Source: a virus
IMG/VR virus record: IMGVR_UViG_3300026488_000022
Coordinates: 1 to 64,000 of that record
Direction: 5' to 3' (one strand)
Length of the DNA: 64,000 bases
The notes under the pieces are model-generated. The model ran no database searches and was not told the origin of the DNA. It saw only the letters and a list, made by a program, of their open reading frames with translations. Positions 9,209 through 20,300 of this stretch are shown here, in pieces. How positions within the stretch are numbered: position 1 is the first letter of the stretch; every line of letters begins with the position of its first letter. The translations under genes and the position numbers were made by a program.

Positions 9209-11422
9209 TTATATTAATATAGCCTTAATTTTTTCACTTTTATAATCATTTTTATAAACACTTTCAACATATATATCATTAATATTATAAGAGCTTACAT
9301 CAAAACTAACTATTGTATCATATCTATCAAATGCATAAGTTTTTAATAAATTATTTCCTTCATAAATATTTAATTGTAAATACTCCTCTGTTTGAGCTTC
9401 TGCGTCCCCTGCTACAACCATATCTGCGTCTTGCAAATCACCACTTAAACCGCCTCTAATAGCTGGTGATACATATAAAATATTGTTTTTAATATATGGA
9501 TTGACCGGATTTAAAGGTTTAAAAACAAAAACATCATTAATTTCTTTTTGCAAATTAGAACTTGGAGATATACTATACATATTTTTATAATAAAAATCAT
9601 AATCCAAAGAAAATTCATTACTACTAATTAAAGTGGCTTCACTGAAATAATTATAAAATACCCAAACTTTACTATCAGCAGTATGCTCTGATTTATTACC
9701 ATTTAAGTTTCTAATAATTCCCTCAATTGTCAATTTTTCAGTAGTACCATTATAACTGATATTTTTAACCGAAATTAACTCATTATTAACAAAAACAGTA
9801 ATTTTCAGTTTTTGCCACTCTTCATCACTTAAATTGTAATTATAAGCTTTACCTTTTACATTTTTTAAAACAAATGTAAAATCTCTATCTATATCTTTTG
9901 TAAAAGGTAAATCAGACTCTAACTCACCATATACAAACAAACCAGACAAATAAGTATTGCTATTATGGTTATTTTTTTCATATACACTGCTAACAATACC
10001 ATTTGTTGTTTTAGCACACACAGGTAATAAATTATACTTTCTTTCTTCTAAATTAGGATTTAAAAACAAATTATTTAAAGGTAATAAATCATAAAATTCT
10101 GGCGGGTCATTTAATTGATAAGTTTTAATAAGAGGGTCGATTGTAGTTTTGTATAATCCATCAGTTTTTGGGACTCTATAAATATCTTCAATCGCCTCAA
10201 TTTCGACATAAGACTGATATTCCTTGTCCCCTCCTATTTTTATAATCCTAAAATACATTTCAGGAATATTTAAACTTTCACTTTTTACTTTTACCAATTT
10301 TCCTATATGTAAATCAGGAAAGTCAAGAAAGTTTAGTTTGCACTTTAAAGTAGCCAATGGTTTTCCGTTTTTTTCAATAATTTTATTAGCAACTTTACTC
10401 ATAGTCTCCGCATTGCTAATTAGCTGAAAAGTATAAGTTTTTGGTTTTTCATACCCTAAAATATTGACTAAAGCCTCATTTTTAATTGTGAAACTATCAG
10501 TATTTCCTGTTGCTAAATTTGTATATTTAAAAGTAAAAGTAGTAAAAACATTAGACCAATCTCCTGTTTTTATTGTCAAATCACTTGCATTATATTCATT
10601 TATCTCATATGCAGGTGTATCTTCTTTTTTTATTAAATAAATTTTCCATTTACCATCTAAAATAGAATAATAAAGCGTTCCATCAATTACTCTTAAAACT
10701 TCTTTTATCCAATCAGTTATAGGCTTTTCAGTAGTCATAATAAAAGACACACCTAAGCCCTCATTTTTACAATAATCAAAAGCCTCTTGAAAACTAACTT
10801 CATCTATTTCATTCTCTGGAATACCAATAAAAGTTCTTAGCATATCATAAATAACAGCAACAGGATTAATATCATAACCTATAGCACTGCCTTTTTGATA
10901 AATATTATTTCCTTCAAAAAATGCATTTTCTAAAACCCATCTTGATAATCTAAATTTATAATTAGGAACTTGAGTTGTATTATCCCCTACAAAAGCGTCT
11001 TTAAAAATTGCACAACAAATATTATTTATTTTAACTTTATCTAATAAAGGATAATCAAAAGTGACAGTCCCGCTTTTTGAGGAAACAGGATAAGATAAAC
11101 CCCTAACTCTACTATCTTCACTATTAAGACTATTGGTATAAATCCTTATGATACTTTTTTCAGAATAATCAGAATGATAAACATCACCCTTTCTACCAGT
11201 AACAACATTTAATTCATAAATCCCTTGTGGAGCATTCTCACTATATAAAGCGGAAGGATTAATATCCCCTTCTCCGTCTAACGTTTTTAAATACTCAATA
11301 TTATCATTCCAACTATAACCTGATACCCAATCGCAATTTTCTACTAAAGCATAAACCATTGTTAAGGCATAGCCATAACCTACTAATTGGCAACCACCTC
11401 CTCTTTTACCACCTCCGCCCAT
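9209..11422 (-). CDS. Central tail tip / baseplate hub protein (lambda J / GTA megatron-like)
   Basis: MGGGGK start, INPVAVIYDML, EGLGVSF, follows DUF2163-like and small tip genes. Confidence 0.75.
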   Translation of the reverse strand: MGGGGKRGGGCQLVGYGYALTMVYALVENCDWVSGYSWNDNIEYLKTLDGEGDINPSALYSENAPQGIYELNVVTGRKGDVYHSDYSEKSIIRIYTNSLNSEDSRVRGLSYPVSSKSGTVTFDYPLLDKVKINNICCAIFKDAFVGDNTTQVPNYKFRLSRWVLENAFFEGNNIYQKGSAIGYDINPVAVIYDMLRTFIGIPENEIDEVSFQEAFDYCKNEGLGVSFIMTTEKPITDWIKEVLRVIDGTLYYSILDGKWKIYLIKKEDTPAYEINEYNASDLTIKTGDWSNVFTTFTFKYTNLATGNTDSFTIKNEALVNILGYEKPKTYTFQLISNAETMSKVANKIIEKNGKPLATLKCKLNFLDFPDLHIGKLVKVKSESLNIPEMYFRIIKIGGDKEYQSYVEIEAIEDIYRVPKTDGLYKTTIDPLIKTYQLNDPPEFYDLLPLNNLFLNPNLEERKYNLLPVCAKTTNGIVSSVYEKNNHNSNTYLSGLFVYGELESDLPFTKDIDRDFTFVLKNVKGKAYNYNLSDEEWQKLKITVFVNNELISVKNISYNGTTEKLTIEGIIRNLNGNKSEHTADSKVWVFYNYFSEATLISSNEFSLDYDFYYKNMYSISPSSNLQKEINDVFVFKPLNPVNPYIKNNILYVSPAIRGGLSGDLQDADMVVAGDAEAQTEEYLQLNIYEGNNLLKTYAFDRYDTIVSFDVSSYNINDIYVESVYKNDYKSEKIKAILI

Positions 11423-11430
11423 AAAAACTC

Positions 11431-11781
11431 CTAACTACAAGCTTTAATTTTTAAGCTTAATAAATTATTATAATAAATAATATTACCTGATACCCAAACT
11501 GTCCCATACAAAACAGGAATACTCCGTGAATTTGAATTAGTTGGAAAAGTAAAATCATTTAAACTTGCTTGTTCTGCATTACTACTCATACTCGGCACAG
11601 GTATTAATAAATAAACTAAAATTAACAAAGTGGCAATTCCACCAAATAAAAGTAAAGGCTCTATGACATCCTCCTTAAAAACCTGATGTTGAAAGATTTT
11701 TCTGTGGTATATAAGGAAACCCACCAAAATGACTAATATTATTATATTTTTCACAACTTTCGGTAGTTTTACTGCAACCAT
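11431..11781 (-). CDS. Small tail tip assembly protein (lambda I-like C-terminal region); true start uncertain
   Basis: DFTFPT...RSIPVLYGTVWVSGNIIYY motif after a hydrophobic segment. Confidence 0.65.
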   Translation of the reverse strand: MVAVKLPKVVKNIIILVILVGFLIYHRKIFQHQVFKEDVIEPLLLFGGIATLLILVYLLIPVPSMSSNAEQASLNDFTFPTNSNSRSIPVLYGTVWVSGNIIYYNNLLSLKIKACS

Positions 11782-12415
11782 AATAAACTTTTATATTAAT
11801 TATATCGGTAAATAAAAATGGTTTTAACAAAGTAATTTCCCCTGCACTTTCATCATATGCTGTTATATATTGTGTTTCCTGTTTATCAGTTACCACAAAA
11901 CCGCTAATTAAATCATAATATAAATTTTTTAATAAATCAGATTGAATAGTAAAACCATTAATATTAAATTCTCCTACCTGTAATTCAACTTTAAAATCAT
12001 CAATATTTAAACCGCAATTTTCATCACAAAAATTAAAACTACATAAAGAACTATAACTTCTCTTTGGTATGGTCACTTCTTTTAAATTATACTTTGACCC
12101 TATCATTAATTTTACTTGTCTTTTACTATAATCAAATTCACAACTATTAACAACACCTTCAAAAAAAGTAAAACCAAAAGGATATTTAATTATTTTTATC
12201 GTAGGTAATTGAACATTAGGATTTGTCACTAAATAAGCAAAAGGCTTAACATCAATAGGAGCTGTAACCACAGCACCGTTAGAGTCTATATCTAAATTTA
12301 TCTCTTCTCTTTCAATAGGAATAGGCTTATAAACTCTACCGTTAAATTCAATAGGCTCTGGTCCTGTATTATAATAATAAGTTTTCCCCATAAAACCAAC
12401 ATCGTAAAGCTCCAT
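11675..12415 (-). CDS. Tail tip / hub protein, DUF2163 + BR0599-like (Fe-S Cys motif)
   Basis: C-x7-C (CSFNFCDENCGL) and GCSKTTESC...FGGFPYIP. Confidence 0.82.
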   Translation of the reverse strand: MELYDVGFMGKTYYYNTGPEPIEFNGRVYKPIPIEREEINLDIDSNGAVVTAPIDVKPFAYLVTNPNVQLPTIKIIKYPFGFTFFEGVVNSCEFDYSKRQVKLMIGSKYNLKEVTIPKRSYSSLCSFNFCDENCGLNIDDFKVELQVGEFNINGFTIQSDLLKNLYYDLISGFVVTDKQETQYITAYDESAGEITLLKPFLFTDIINIKVYYGCSKTTESCEKYNNISHFGGFPYIPQKNLSTSGF

Positions 12416-12417
12416 AA

Positions 12418-13056
12418 CTAACTCCTAAACAAATTTAATAATTTATAATGTGCTACTGTAATTTCTTTAAAATTAAAATTAACACTTCCTCTAAACAAAT
12501 CAATAAAATTAAAAGATAAATCATCTTTACCTAATCTACCTAAGTGTGCAAAACAAAACCTTTTACATTTTTCTGATATTATGTCCTCAGGGACCGGGTC
12601 TTCTAACTCAATTTTTCCAATTTTTTTATTATCAATAAAGTCATTTGACTCTACATTAACAATTTTTGTAATAAAATTTAATTCAGGTATATAAATAAAT
12701 AAAGGACGTAATAAAAAAACTTTATCTAAAAAAGGTATTTCAACATCTAAAAAGATACTTCCTTGATTAACATCATTAATAATAGTGAGTTCATTTACAT
12801 AACTATAAAACCAAAACAACCCTTGCATTCCTTTATTATAAATAAAAAATTGTCTAATCTTGTCAAATTCATAATAATCATCAAATTTGATTTCAACATC
12901 AATATTATAATACTCACTTTCGTTCCATAAATAAAAATTATAATTATAAGGTTTTCCTAAAACAATACGATTATGGTTAATATTTTTTTGAATTTTATTT
13001 AAAGGCAAAAATTCAATAGGAAACAGTGGAAAACCTTTATACTCTAAATAACTCAT
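12418..13056 (-). CDS. Probable distal tail protein
   Basis: FF...KG....FWF motif and position upstream of the hub gene. Confidence 0.5.
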   Translation of the reverse strand: MSYLEYKGFPLFPIEFLPLNKIQKNINHNRIVLGKPYNYNFYLWNESEYYNIDVEIKFDDYYEFDKIRQFFIYNKGMQGLFWFYSYVNELTIINDVNQGSIFLDVEIPFLDKVFLLRPLFIYIPELNFITKIVNVESNDFIDNKKIGKIELEDPVPEDIISEKCKRFCFAHLGRLGKDDLSFNFIDLFRGSVNFNFKEITVAHYKLLNLFRS

Positions 13057-14300
13057 AATAAACCCTTTAAAGGTTTTATACTACTAACTTCTAAATTCAT
13101 TGTATTTTCATTATGTAATCTATCAATGCTACTATTATTTTTTTTCATAACATCAACAACAGGGACAATCCAATTATCTATTGAGTAATCTACAAACCCT
13201 TCTATAATAATATCATTATCAATAATATCAACAATAGTTAATAAATAAGCATTTAATTCATTCTCTATTAAAAATATTTTTGAACCTACCTCAAGAGTTT
13301 TAGGCAAACGTTCTGCTTTTATAATATTTGTTTTATTTCCTATTTCCCGTGGTTTAACCGCCTCAGACCATAAAGGAAAATAATTAAGGTTTCTTTCTAT
13401 CAAGATATTTATATTTTCTAAAAATTTATGTTTATATATTTCTAAATTAGAATAAGTAGCACTAAAATTAACTTTAGGGTTATTCATTGTTGAATAACCC
13501 GTTTCTACACCATTTATTGTTCTAAACATTAATGTATTAAAAAAATAAGTTTCAGTATAAGAATTTTTATCAGGGTAAAAGACAAAACCCCCAGCAAAAG
13601 AACTTCTTTTAAAACATAATTGATATTTTAAATAAAACTCTTTTTCACCATCATTAACCTTAATACTAATCCATTTGCCTTTAACATTCTCATACACATC
13701 TTGGTCTTCTATAACAAGTTGAAAACATAATTGGCTATTTGGATACAAAATATCCCCTACACTTAAACCTACAAATTTAACACCAAAAAGTTCAGATATA
13801 CCTACAATTTCTACATTTCTTTTATAACCAGAAACTAAACAGTAATTTACCTTAACTTTATTAAAAATAACATCGTTTGAATAATAAAAAGTAGTAGTTC
13901 TTTCAAAAAAATCACCTTCAGTATCATAAACTAACCACAACAAACCATCATTGATAATTCTTGTTTTTTCACAAAAATTTTCGTACTTTAAATTCTCTAT
14001 ATTATTATAAAGTTTATCTGTGAAAACATATGCATTATAACTTGTTATAACCTCTTGTTTCTTAGGTAAAACATAATTATCTACTCTTAAAGTTTTATCT
14101 AAAAAACAAAAGGAAAAAGAAAAAGAATTATTACAAAAAACATTATTTTGACCATACCCGGCTAAACGTTTAACAATTTGATAACTAACACTTTCTTGAA
14201 TTTGTATATTTTCACTATCATATATACGTAATTTTATGGGAACATAATTCTTATCTAAAATTGAAACTTGTTCTGTAACATATTTTATAATTGTTCCCAT
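13053..14300 (-). CDS. Tail/baseplate structural protein; paralog of 30940-31917
   Basis: N-terminus and central GLSVGD region align by eye with the 325-aa protein. Confidence 0.5.
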   Translation of the reverse strand: MGTIIKYVTEQVSILDKNYVPIKLRIYDSENIQIQESVSYQIVKRLAGYGQNNVFCNNSFSFSFCFLDKTLRVDNYVLPKKQEVITSYNAYVFTDKLYNNIENLKYENFCEKTRIINDGLLWLVYDTEGDFFERTTTFYYSNDVIFNKVKVNYCLVSGYKRNVEIVGISELFGVKFVGLSVGDILYPNSQLCFQLVIEDQDVYENVKGKWISIKVNDGEKEFYLKYQLCFKRSSFAGGFVFYPDKNSYTETYFFNTLMFRTINGVETGYSTMNNPKVNFSATYSNLEIYKHKFLENINILIERNLNYFPLWSEAVKPREIGNKTNIIKAERLPKTLEVGSKIFLIENELNAYLLTIVDIIDNDIIIEGFVDYSIDNWIVPVVDVMKKNNSSIDRLHNENTMNLEVSSIKPLKGLL

Positions 14301-14313
14301 TAAATTACCTTAT

Positions 14314-15300
14314 TTAGTATTTTTCCGAAACTATTTCAAATTCACTTTCCTCAACTAAAAGTGCTAAATTTAATTTTGAAGCAATGTCATAAACTTCAGG
14401 AAAACGATAACATAACTTTTGTTCTCCATTAATATCTTTAATATTTACAATATTTGGGTGATAGTAACTACTAATAGAATAATTCTCATAACTATAACCA
14501 ATAAATTTCCACTCTTCTACATCAGTATCAAAATTTGTATCTACAAAATAAGCAATAGGGCAAGCACTAACACTACTATTAGGTTGTGGGTAATGCCTAA
14601 AACCAACTGATTTATCTACATCAAGTTTGTGTTTTCTCGTAAGAATTCCACTTTCAGTATCTCCCCACCAATAACCATTATAAAAAATCAATGCTTTATC
14701 AGCAGTTTCGTGCCAATAATTAGTTATATACATTCCTCCGTTATCTTTATCTAAACAATTAAATACTTGAAATTTGAAAAATCCATTAAAATAAATTCTA
14801 TCTTCATAACGCCCAAGTAAAATTTGGGGTAAAGTAAAACTAATACTATAATCGGTTATCAACAAATTAACCAAAAAATTACTATAAATTTTAGGTTGTG
14901 GATTATAAGGCAAATAATCCATTAAAGTTTTAAACGTTTCACAATTTGTACCGTCACTTATAGCTCCTTCTTGTTCGCATAAATCCTTGCTACTATCATA
15001 ACTTTTACAAGGTATAAATTTTAAATACTGTTTATCATCATCACTATCATAATAATATTTAAAAATTAAATGTGGCTCATAATTTAACCCACTAACTTTA
15101 TTTTTAACAATCAATAAACCTATACCGTTTCTACCCCACTTATCTGTGGCAGTTTGGACTTCAACAATCTCCCAAGCATTAGTTCTATAATTTAAAGCCT
15201 TATATAATTCATTTAAAATAGACCAATTCTCTTCAGGTGTATCTACAACACTATCTAAACCTGTTGTCATATCTAAACTTTTAAACCAAGTTAATTTCAT
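14314..15300 (-). CDS. Probable virion structural protein (tail region)
   Basis: Long ORF in the tail operon; no recognised motif. Confidence 0.45.
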   Translation of the reverse strand: MKLTWFKSLDMTTGLDSVVDTPEENWSILNELYKALNYRTNAWEIVEVQTATDKWGRNGIGLLIVKNKVSGLNYEPHLIFKYYYDSDDDKQYLKFIPCKSYDSSKDLCEQEGAISDGTNCETFKTLMDYLPYNPQPKIYSNFLVNLLITDYSISFTLPQILLGRYEDRIYFNGFFKFQVFNCLDKDNGGMYITNYWHETADKALIFYNGYWWGDTESGILTRKHKLDVDKSVGFRHYPQPNSSVSACPIAYFVDTNFDTDVEEWKFIGYSYENYSISSYYHPNIVNIKDINGEQKLCYRFPEVYDIASKLNLALLVEESEFEIVSEKY

Positions 15301-15303
15301 TTT

Positions 15304-17196
15304 TTACTCCTCATTTAATTCTACAAGATAGTTATATGGTGCTTTTATATGATTATCAGGAATAACTATATGCTTAACACCATTTATATAAACTTCAGTT
15401 TCTGGTTGAATTTCAGTAAAATTAATCAAATATAACCATTTAGGACTACCAAAATTAATAATTTTCAAATCATCAGCAATATTTCTGTATTTATTAACTT
15501 TAATAACAGAAATACTTTGATTATCATTTATAATTTCTCGCCACTCTCCAGATAAAGCCCCATCTGAAACATAATTATTAACCCAAGATGTACCATTCCA
15601 AAAACTTGTATTATCATTATACATTAAACCAAACCTAAAACTATCATTATTCACATCATAAGCATTATTACCCCCCCAACCTAAAACAAAAGGTAAATCA
15701 TATGTCTTATCTCCTTCTCCCCAACCTAAATAAAAAATTTGATAAGTTGGATTTTCAGTTTGAGAAGGGTCATATTTTTTTAGAACAATTAAAATATCTT
15801 CTCCATCAGTTACGTACCAATACTTTTCAATCATTTCATTATGCAATCCCCAATGTAATTTAGGAATATAAAAATTAATGTTTTCATTAAAAGAAACATT
15901 AGTAGCTCTATTCATCTGGTAATTCCACTCATAATTAGGTACAACATAAATACTTGAATTTAAAGATTGTAAATAGTCCTCTGTTTCTCCAATAAAATTA
16001 ACTACGTTAAAAAATCTAATTTCATTATTTTTAATTTGTAAAAAACCACTTTTATTAGTTTGAAGTAAAACATTTTTATATAAGCCTGTATCATTAAACA
16101 AAGAAATATAAAAATCATTTAATTCTTTAGGAGGAAAGCCATTTTCATCAAAACTATTTATTTCCTCTTCTGTTAATAACCTATCCCAAACATAATAACT
16201 GCTTACATAAACAGGAGCATCAATTTGTTTTCCAAATAGTCCTTTAAAATTTTTCCATTTATCATTTTGTAAATTATCAACAACTTTTACACCATCAACA
16301 TACACACTTAATTTACCTTCTGTACTATTAATCAAAACAACCAAAGTAACAGGACCTTTTCCTTCTACAATATCCACAATATTACATAAAACTTCATCAT
16401 CAAAATATAAATTACCATCTCTTAAGTCAGTTTGAATATAAAAATTCTTTTCACTTGTGTAATAATCAGAAGTAAAATTAGAAATATACATTCTATTTAT
16501 ATAATAATTATTAGATAAATCAGCTTTTACTAACTCACCAAATTGGGCGTGTAGTACCAGCGTAACATCCCCGTCAATACTATGAGATGAAGAATTAATG
16601 TCAGAACAATAAACTCTCCCATTTCTAAAGGGAGCAATTTTCTCAAAAGAATAATGAGTAGCTCCTATATTCCCTCCTCTACTAAAATAAATTTTTTTGT
16701 TTTTATATTTATTAAAATTCTGTGTTCTTCCTACACTACCAATTATATGTGTATAAGTTACATCAAAACCATAAGTTCCAGCAATCCAAGCTTTATTAAC
16801 TTCTACGTCGTTTTCTTCAAAGTTGGCTAAAACTTTAAAGGGTTTTGAGCTTCCTTTAATAACATCAATAGTTACAATATCTCCATCTTGCCACTCATTC
16901 TCCCCCTGTCTAATTGTAAAACTAATAATACCATTATCATAGGCTTGGTCTATTTGTGCGTCATCTTTTGCACCACTAACGCTACCTGTTACCTTAAAAA
17001 CATCATTAGTTGCGTCATATTTTATTTCCCAAGTTTCTGTGACAACTGTATCTGGATTAAAAGTAATATTTTCAATATTCCCATCTCCTTGTGCTAAATC
17101 ATAGCTTGTTTCCATACTCACAGGGTTACTTAAAAACTCTACTAAATTATCAATAGCTTCTTTTACTGTTTTTTTACATTCAACTCTATATGCCAT
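15304..17196 (-). CDS. Tail structural protein with a TETW...YDNGII module and a LamG-like insert
   Basis: Module shared with both tail-tube paralogs; LSVYVDG...VWDRLLTEEEI resembles LamG/ConA. Confidence 0.55.
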   Translation of the reverse strand: MAYRVECKKTVKEAIDNLVEFLSNPVSMETSYDLAQGDGNIENITFNPDTVVTETWEIKYDATNDVFKVTGSVSGAKDDAQIDQAYDNGIISFTIRQGENEWQDGDIVTIDVIKGSSKPFKVLANFEENDVEVNKAWIAGTYGFDVTYTHIIGSVGRTQNFNKYKNKKIYFSRGGNIGATHYSFEKIAPFRNGRVYCSDINSSSHSIDGDVTLVLHAQFGELVKADLSNNYYINRMYISNFTSDYYTSEKNFYIQTDLRDGNLYFDDEVLCNIVDIVEGKGPVTLVVLINSTEGKLSVYVDGVKVVDNLQNDKWKNFKGLFGKQIDAPVYVSSYYVWDRLLTEEEINSFDENGFPPKELNDFYISLFNDTGLYKNVLLQTNKSGFLQIKNNEIRFFNVVNFIGETEDYLQSLNSSIYVVPNYEWNYQMNRATNVSFNENINFYIPKLHWGLHNEMIEKYWYVTDGEDILIVLKKYDPSQTENPTYQIFYLGWGEGDKTYDLPFVLGWGGNNAYDVNNDSFRFGLMYNDNTSFWNGTSWVNNYVSDGALSGEWREIINDNQSISVIKVNKYRNIADDLKIINFGSPKWLYLINFTEIQPETEVYINGVKHIVIPDNHIKAPYNYLVELNEE

Positions 17197-17226
17197 TTAT
17201 AGCCTTTTTATTGATTTACTAAAAGG

Positions 17227-17234
17227 TATATCGG
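17227..17234 (-). promoter_or_regulatory. Putative late promoter CCGATATA
   Basis: 31 bp upstream of start 17196; motif recurs before most late genes. Confidence 0.65.
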
Positions 17235-17267
17235 AAATAAAAAATTACAAAACGAAAACTTTAAAAC

Positions 17268-17287
17268 TTCCCCTAAATTTAGGGGAA
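17268..17287 (-). terminator. Probable intrinsic terminator after the tape measure gene
   Basis: Perfect palindrome TTCCCCTAAATTTAGGGGAA followed by GTTTT on the minus strand. Confidence 0.6.
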
Positions 17288-17317
17288 ACTAAAGATTTTT
17301 CTTTCTTATATTATAAC

Positions 17318-17340
17318 TAACTTTAAGGGTTTGGACACTT
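17318..17340. repeat. Dispersed element, truncated copy B
   Basis: TAACTTTAAGGGTTTGGACACTT, ending at the tape measure stop codon. Confidence 0.9.
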
Positions 17341-20300
17341 ATTTTCCAACAACATTTCTTATAATTGTTCTGCCACTTCTACTTGTTAAATAGTCTTCAA
17401 ATGCTTTTGTATCTACACTATTTAAAATAACTACCTCAGGTGTTGGGGCAGTAACATTCACTTGAGGTGAAGTATTACCACTTGCTTTAATTGCTTTAAC
17501 TTCCTCTTTGCTTAAAACATATTCTCCTTTTTGTAAAATTGCAGGAATTTCATCATCTTTTAACCCGCCCATTTTTTGATTAGCAGTTTGCCTATCTACA
17601 TAACCTCCTGTATGAAATCTTTGTGCTTTAATAATAGCAACTCTCATCATACCTGTTGCAACCGCTAAACCAGCCGCCACATAGTTAAATGGTATAGGTA
17701 ACTCTGTCATTGCTTTTTGAGCCGAAGCATAAGTATCAATTATTGCTTGTGCCACCCTCATTGCCTTATAAACTGCAAACCATTTTTTTTGTTTTATTAG
17801 TCCTGCTTGCATCATTTGGTCTAACATACCAGAAAATTGCCCTATATAACCGCTTAATGCTGACAAAGACGCATTAAAACTTGCTTTTTCAAGAGCTTTT
17901 CTTTTTTCTATTTCATTTTTTACTATCTCAGTTTTTAAAGCCTCTAATTTTTTATAAGCCTCAGCTTCAGTTATTCTTTTAGACTCTAATTCTTGTAAAA
18001 TTTCTTGTTCTTGAGCTTGTATTAAAGCTTTTTTTTGTGCATAAAAATTTTTAATAGCCTGAATTTGTTGTTGATATTGATTAAAAGCATTAACTGCACC
18101 AGCCGTACCACTATCAACATTCCCCGGCACTATACCTAATTTAATTTCTTTTTCTTTTTGTTTTAATTCTTGTGCTTTTGTTTTAATATAAGCATTTATA
18201 TTTCCAAAATAAGCGTTTAGTTTTTCTTTATCTTTTTCACTATCAAAACTAACAATACTTAACTTTCTTCTATTTTCATACATTTTATTTTGTATATCTA
18301 ACAAAAGAGCGTCAGCTGGATTTTGCATTGCTTTAGTTTCTCTATTCATTTCAGCGATTGTAGCTTTAATCCTTTGTCTTATTTCTAATTCTTTAATTTC
18401 TGCCTGTAAAGTTCTTTTTTTATACTCCTCTTCTTTTTGATATAAACCTTTAATTTCACTTTCTAATTCTCTTTTTTTAGTTAAAAGTTGGGTTTTTTGT
18501 TCTTCATCTTTATAACCTGTCCATTTTAAACGTTTAATTTTAGCTACTAAAGCATAATACTCTTTTTCTTTTGCAACTCTTTGGTCATAATAAGTTTTAT
18601 ACATACCGTCTAATCTTTGTATTTCTTTTTGAGCCTCTACTAAATCATTTACAATAGGCATACGACCTGTTGCTTTTACCTTTTCTAAATCAGAGAACGC
18701 TTGTCTTAGTTTATCAGCCAATCTTTGAATTTCAGCCTCTACTTCACCAAAATCTTTAAAATTAAAAATATCTTTAATTTGATAATCCTGCCATTTAACC
18801 TCTAATGATTTTTTAGTAGAGTTTGCTTTATTAGCTACTGAATTTAAAGCATTCAGTCTTGCTTTTAAAATACCTTCTAAATTTGCAAAATCTTTGTCAA
18901 GCCCTTCTAAATATGCTTTTAATGCTTGATATGTATTTTTATCTAAGCTGTTTTTAGTTTTATCTAACAATAATTTCAATCTTATAAATTCAGCCTCTAA
19001 TTTAACAACTTCTTTAGGGTCAGTAGCATTTGCAAGCATAGTTTTAAATTGTATAAATTCTTTAGCTAAACTTTCTGGTAAAACATTGACATCAATTTTA
19101 GCTTGTTTAAAGCTAACTTCCATTGTATCTACAAGACCTTTTACTGTTTCTCTAAAAGCATTATCAAGCTCTGTATTTAAGTTATTTACTAAGTCAGTTA
19201 CATCAAGCCCGTTTTTTAAGAAAAACTTAATCTTTTCTGATAATTGTTGAAATCTTTGAACTTCCTCTTTAGTTACTAAAGTAATTAAACCTTTTTTAGT
19301 CTCGTCTTTTATTTCTTGAACATCTCTTTTTACTTTATCTTTAAAAACACCAAAATTCACAGTTAGCATATCAAAAGGATTAGTATCTAATCGAATACTA
19401 TTTAATGTAGTATCTATCTGTTTTATTTTTTGATTTAAAATTTCACTTTGTTTTATAGGTGTTGTAAAATCTATTAAATTCTGTTCCCAAGTAGTATTAG
19501 AAACACCTTGTGCTACGTTTGGTGTTTGTTCTTTATAAGGAGTAAAAACACTTACAGTCTGTGCTACATTTGTTTTAGGTTTATAATTAGCAAACTCTTT
19601 TAATTTTTCTAATTGTTTTTCTATAACAATAATTTGATTTTCTAATTCTTTTGAATTTGTTTTTAAATACTGAGACCTCAATCTTTCTAACTTAGCACTT
19701 AATAGTTGGTATTCAACATATTTTTGAGCTTTATCAACTTCTTCTTGTTTTTGTTTAACTAAATTTTCTTGTTCATTAATAATCTTTTTATACATTTCTA
19801 ATTGTTGCTCAATTTTGTTTAACTCACTGCCTAATAATTTAATTCTTTGACTATCATTATTAACCAAGGCTTCTGCTAATTGTTTTTTAATTTGTTGTTT
19901 TTTAGCTATTAAGCTATCATATTGTGAGATTAAACTGTTTAATTTCTGTTGTTCAGCTAACAAACCATTACTTTTTGCTAATTCCTCATTTACATTTTTA
20001 ATTGTAAAAAACAACTTACCAAAAGCACCTAAAGCTAAAGTTGCCACTAAAACATAAGGATTTCTCATTGCAATTAAAGCAACACTTGTTAAAGCGCCCC
20101 CAATTGCTTTAACAATATCTAAAAGGTTTTTACCTGCTAAAGTAGCCATTCTAAATGACTCTACTAAAGACTTAACACCTTTAAAAATTAATACACCTCC
20201 AATAACTCCTGCAATACCTTTGATTATACTCCATATTTGACTTAAATCTCTTTGAATTTGTGGCATAGCATTATTAATAGTATTAACCCACTCAATAGTT

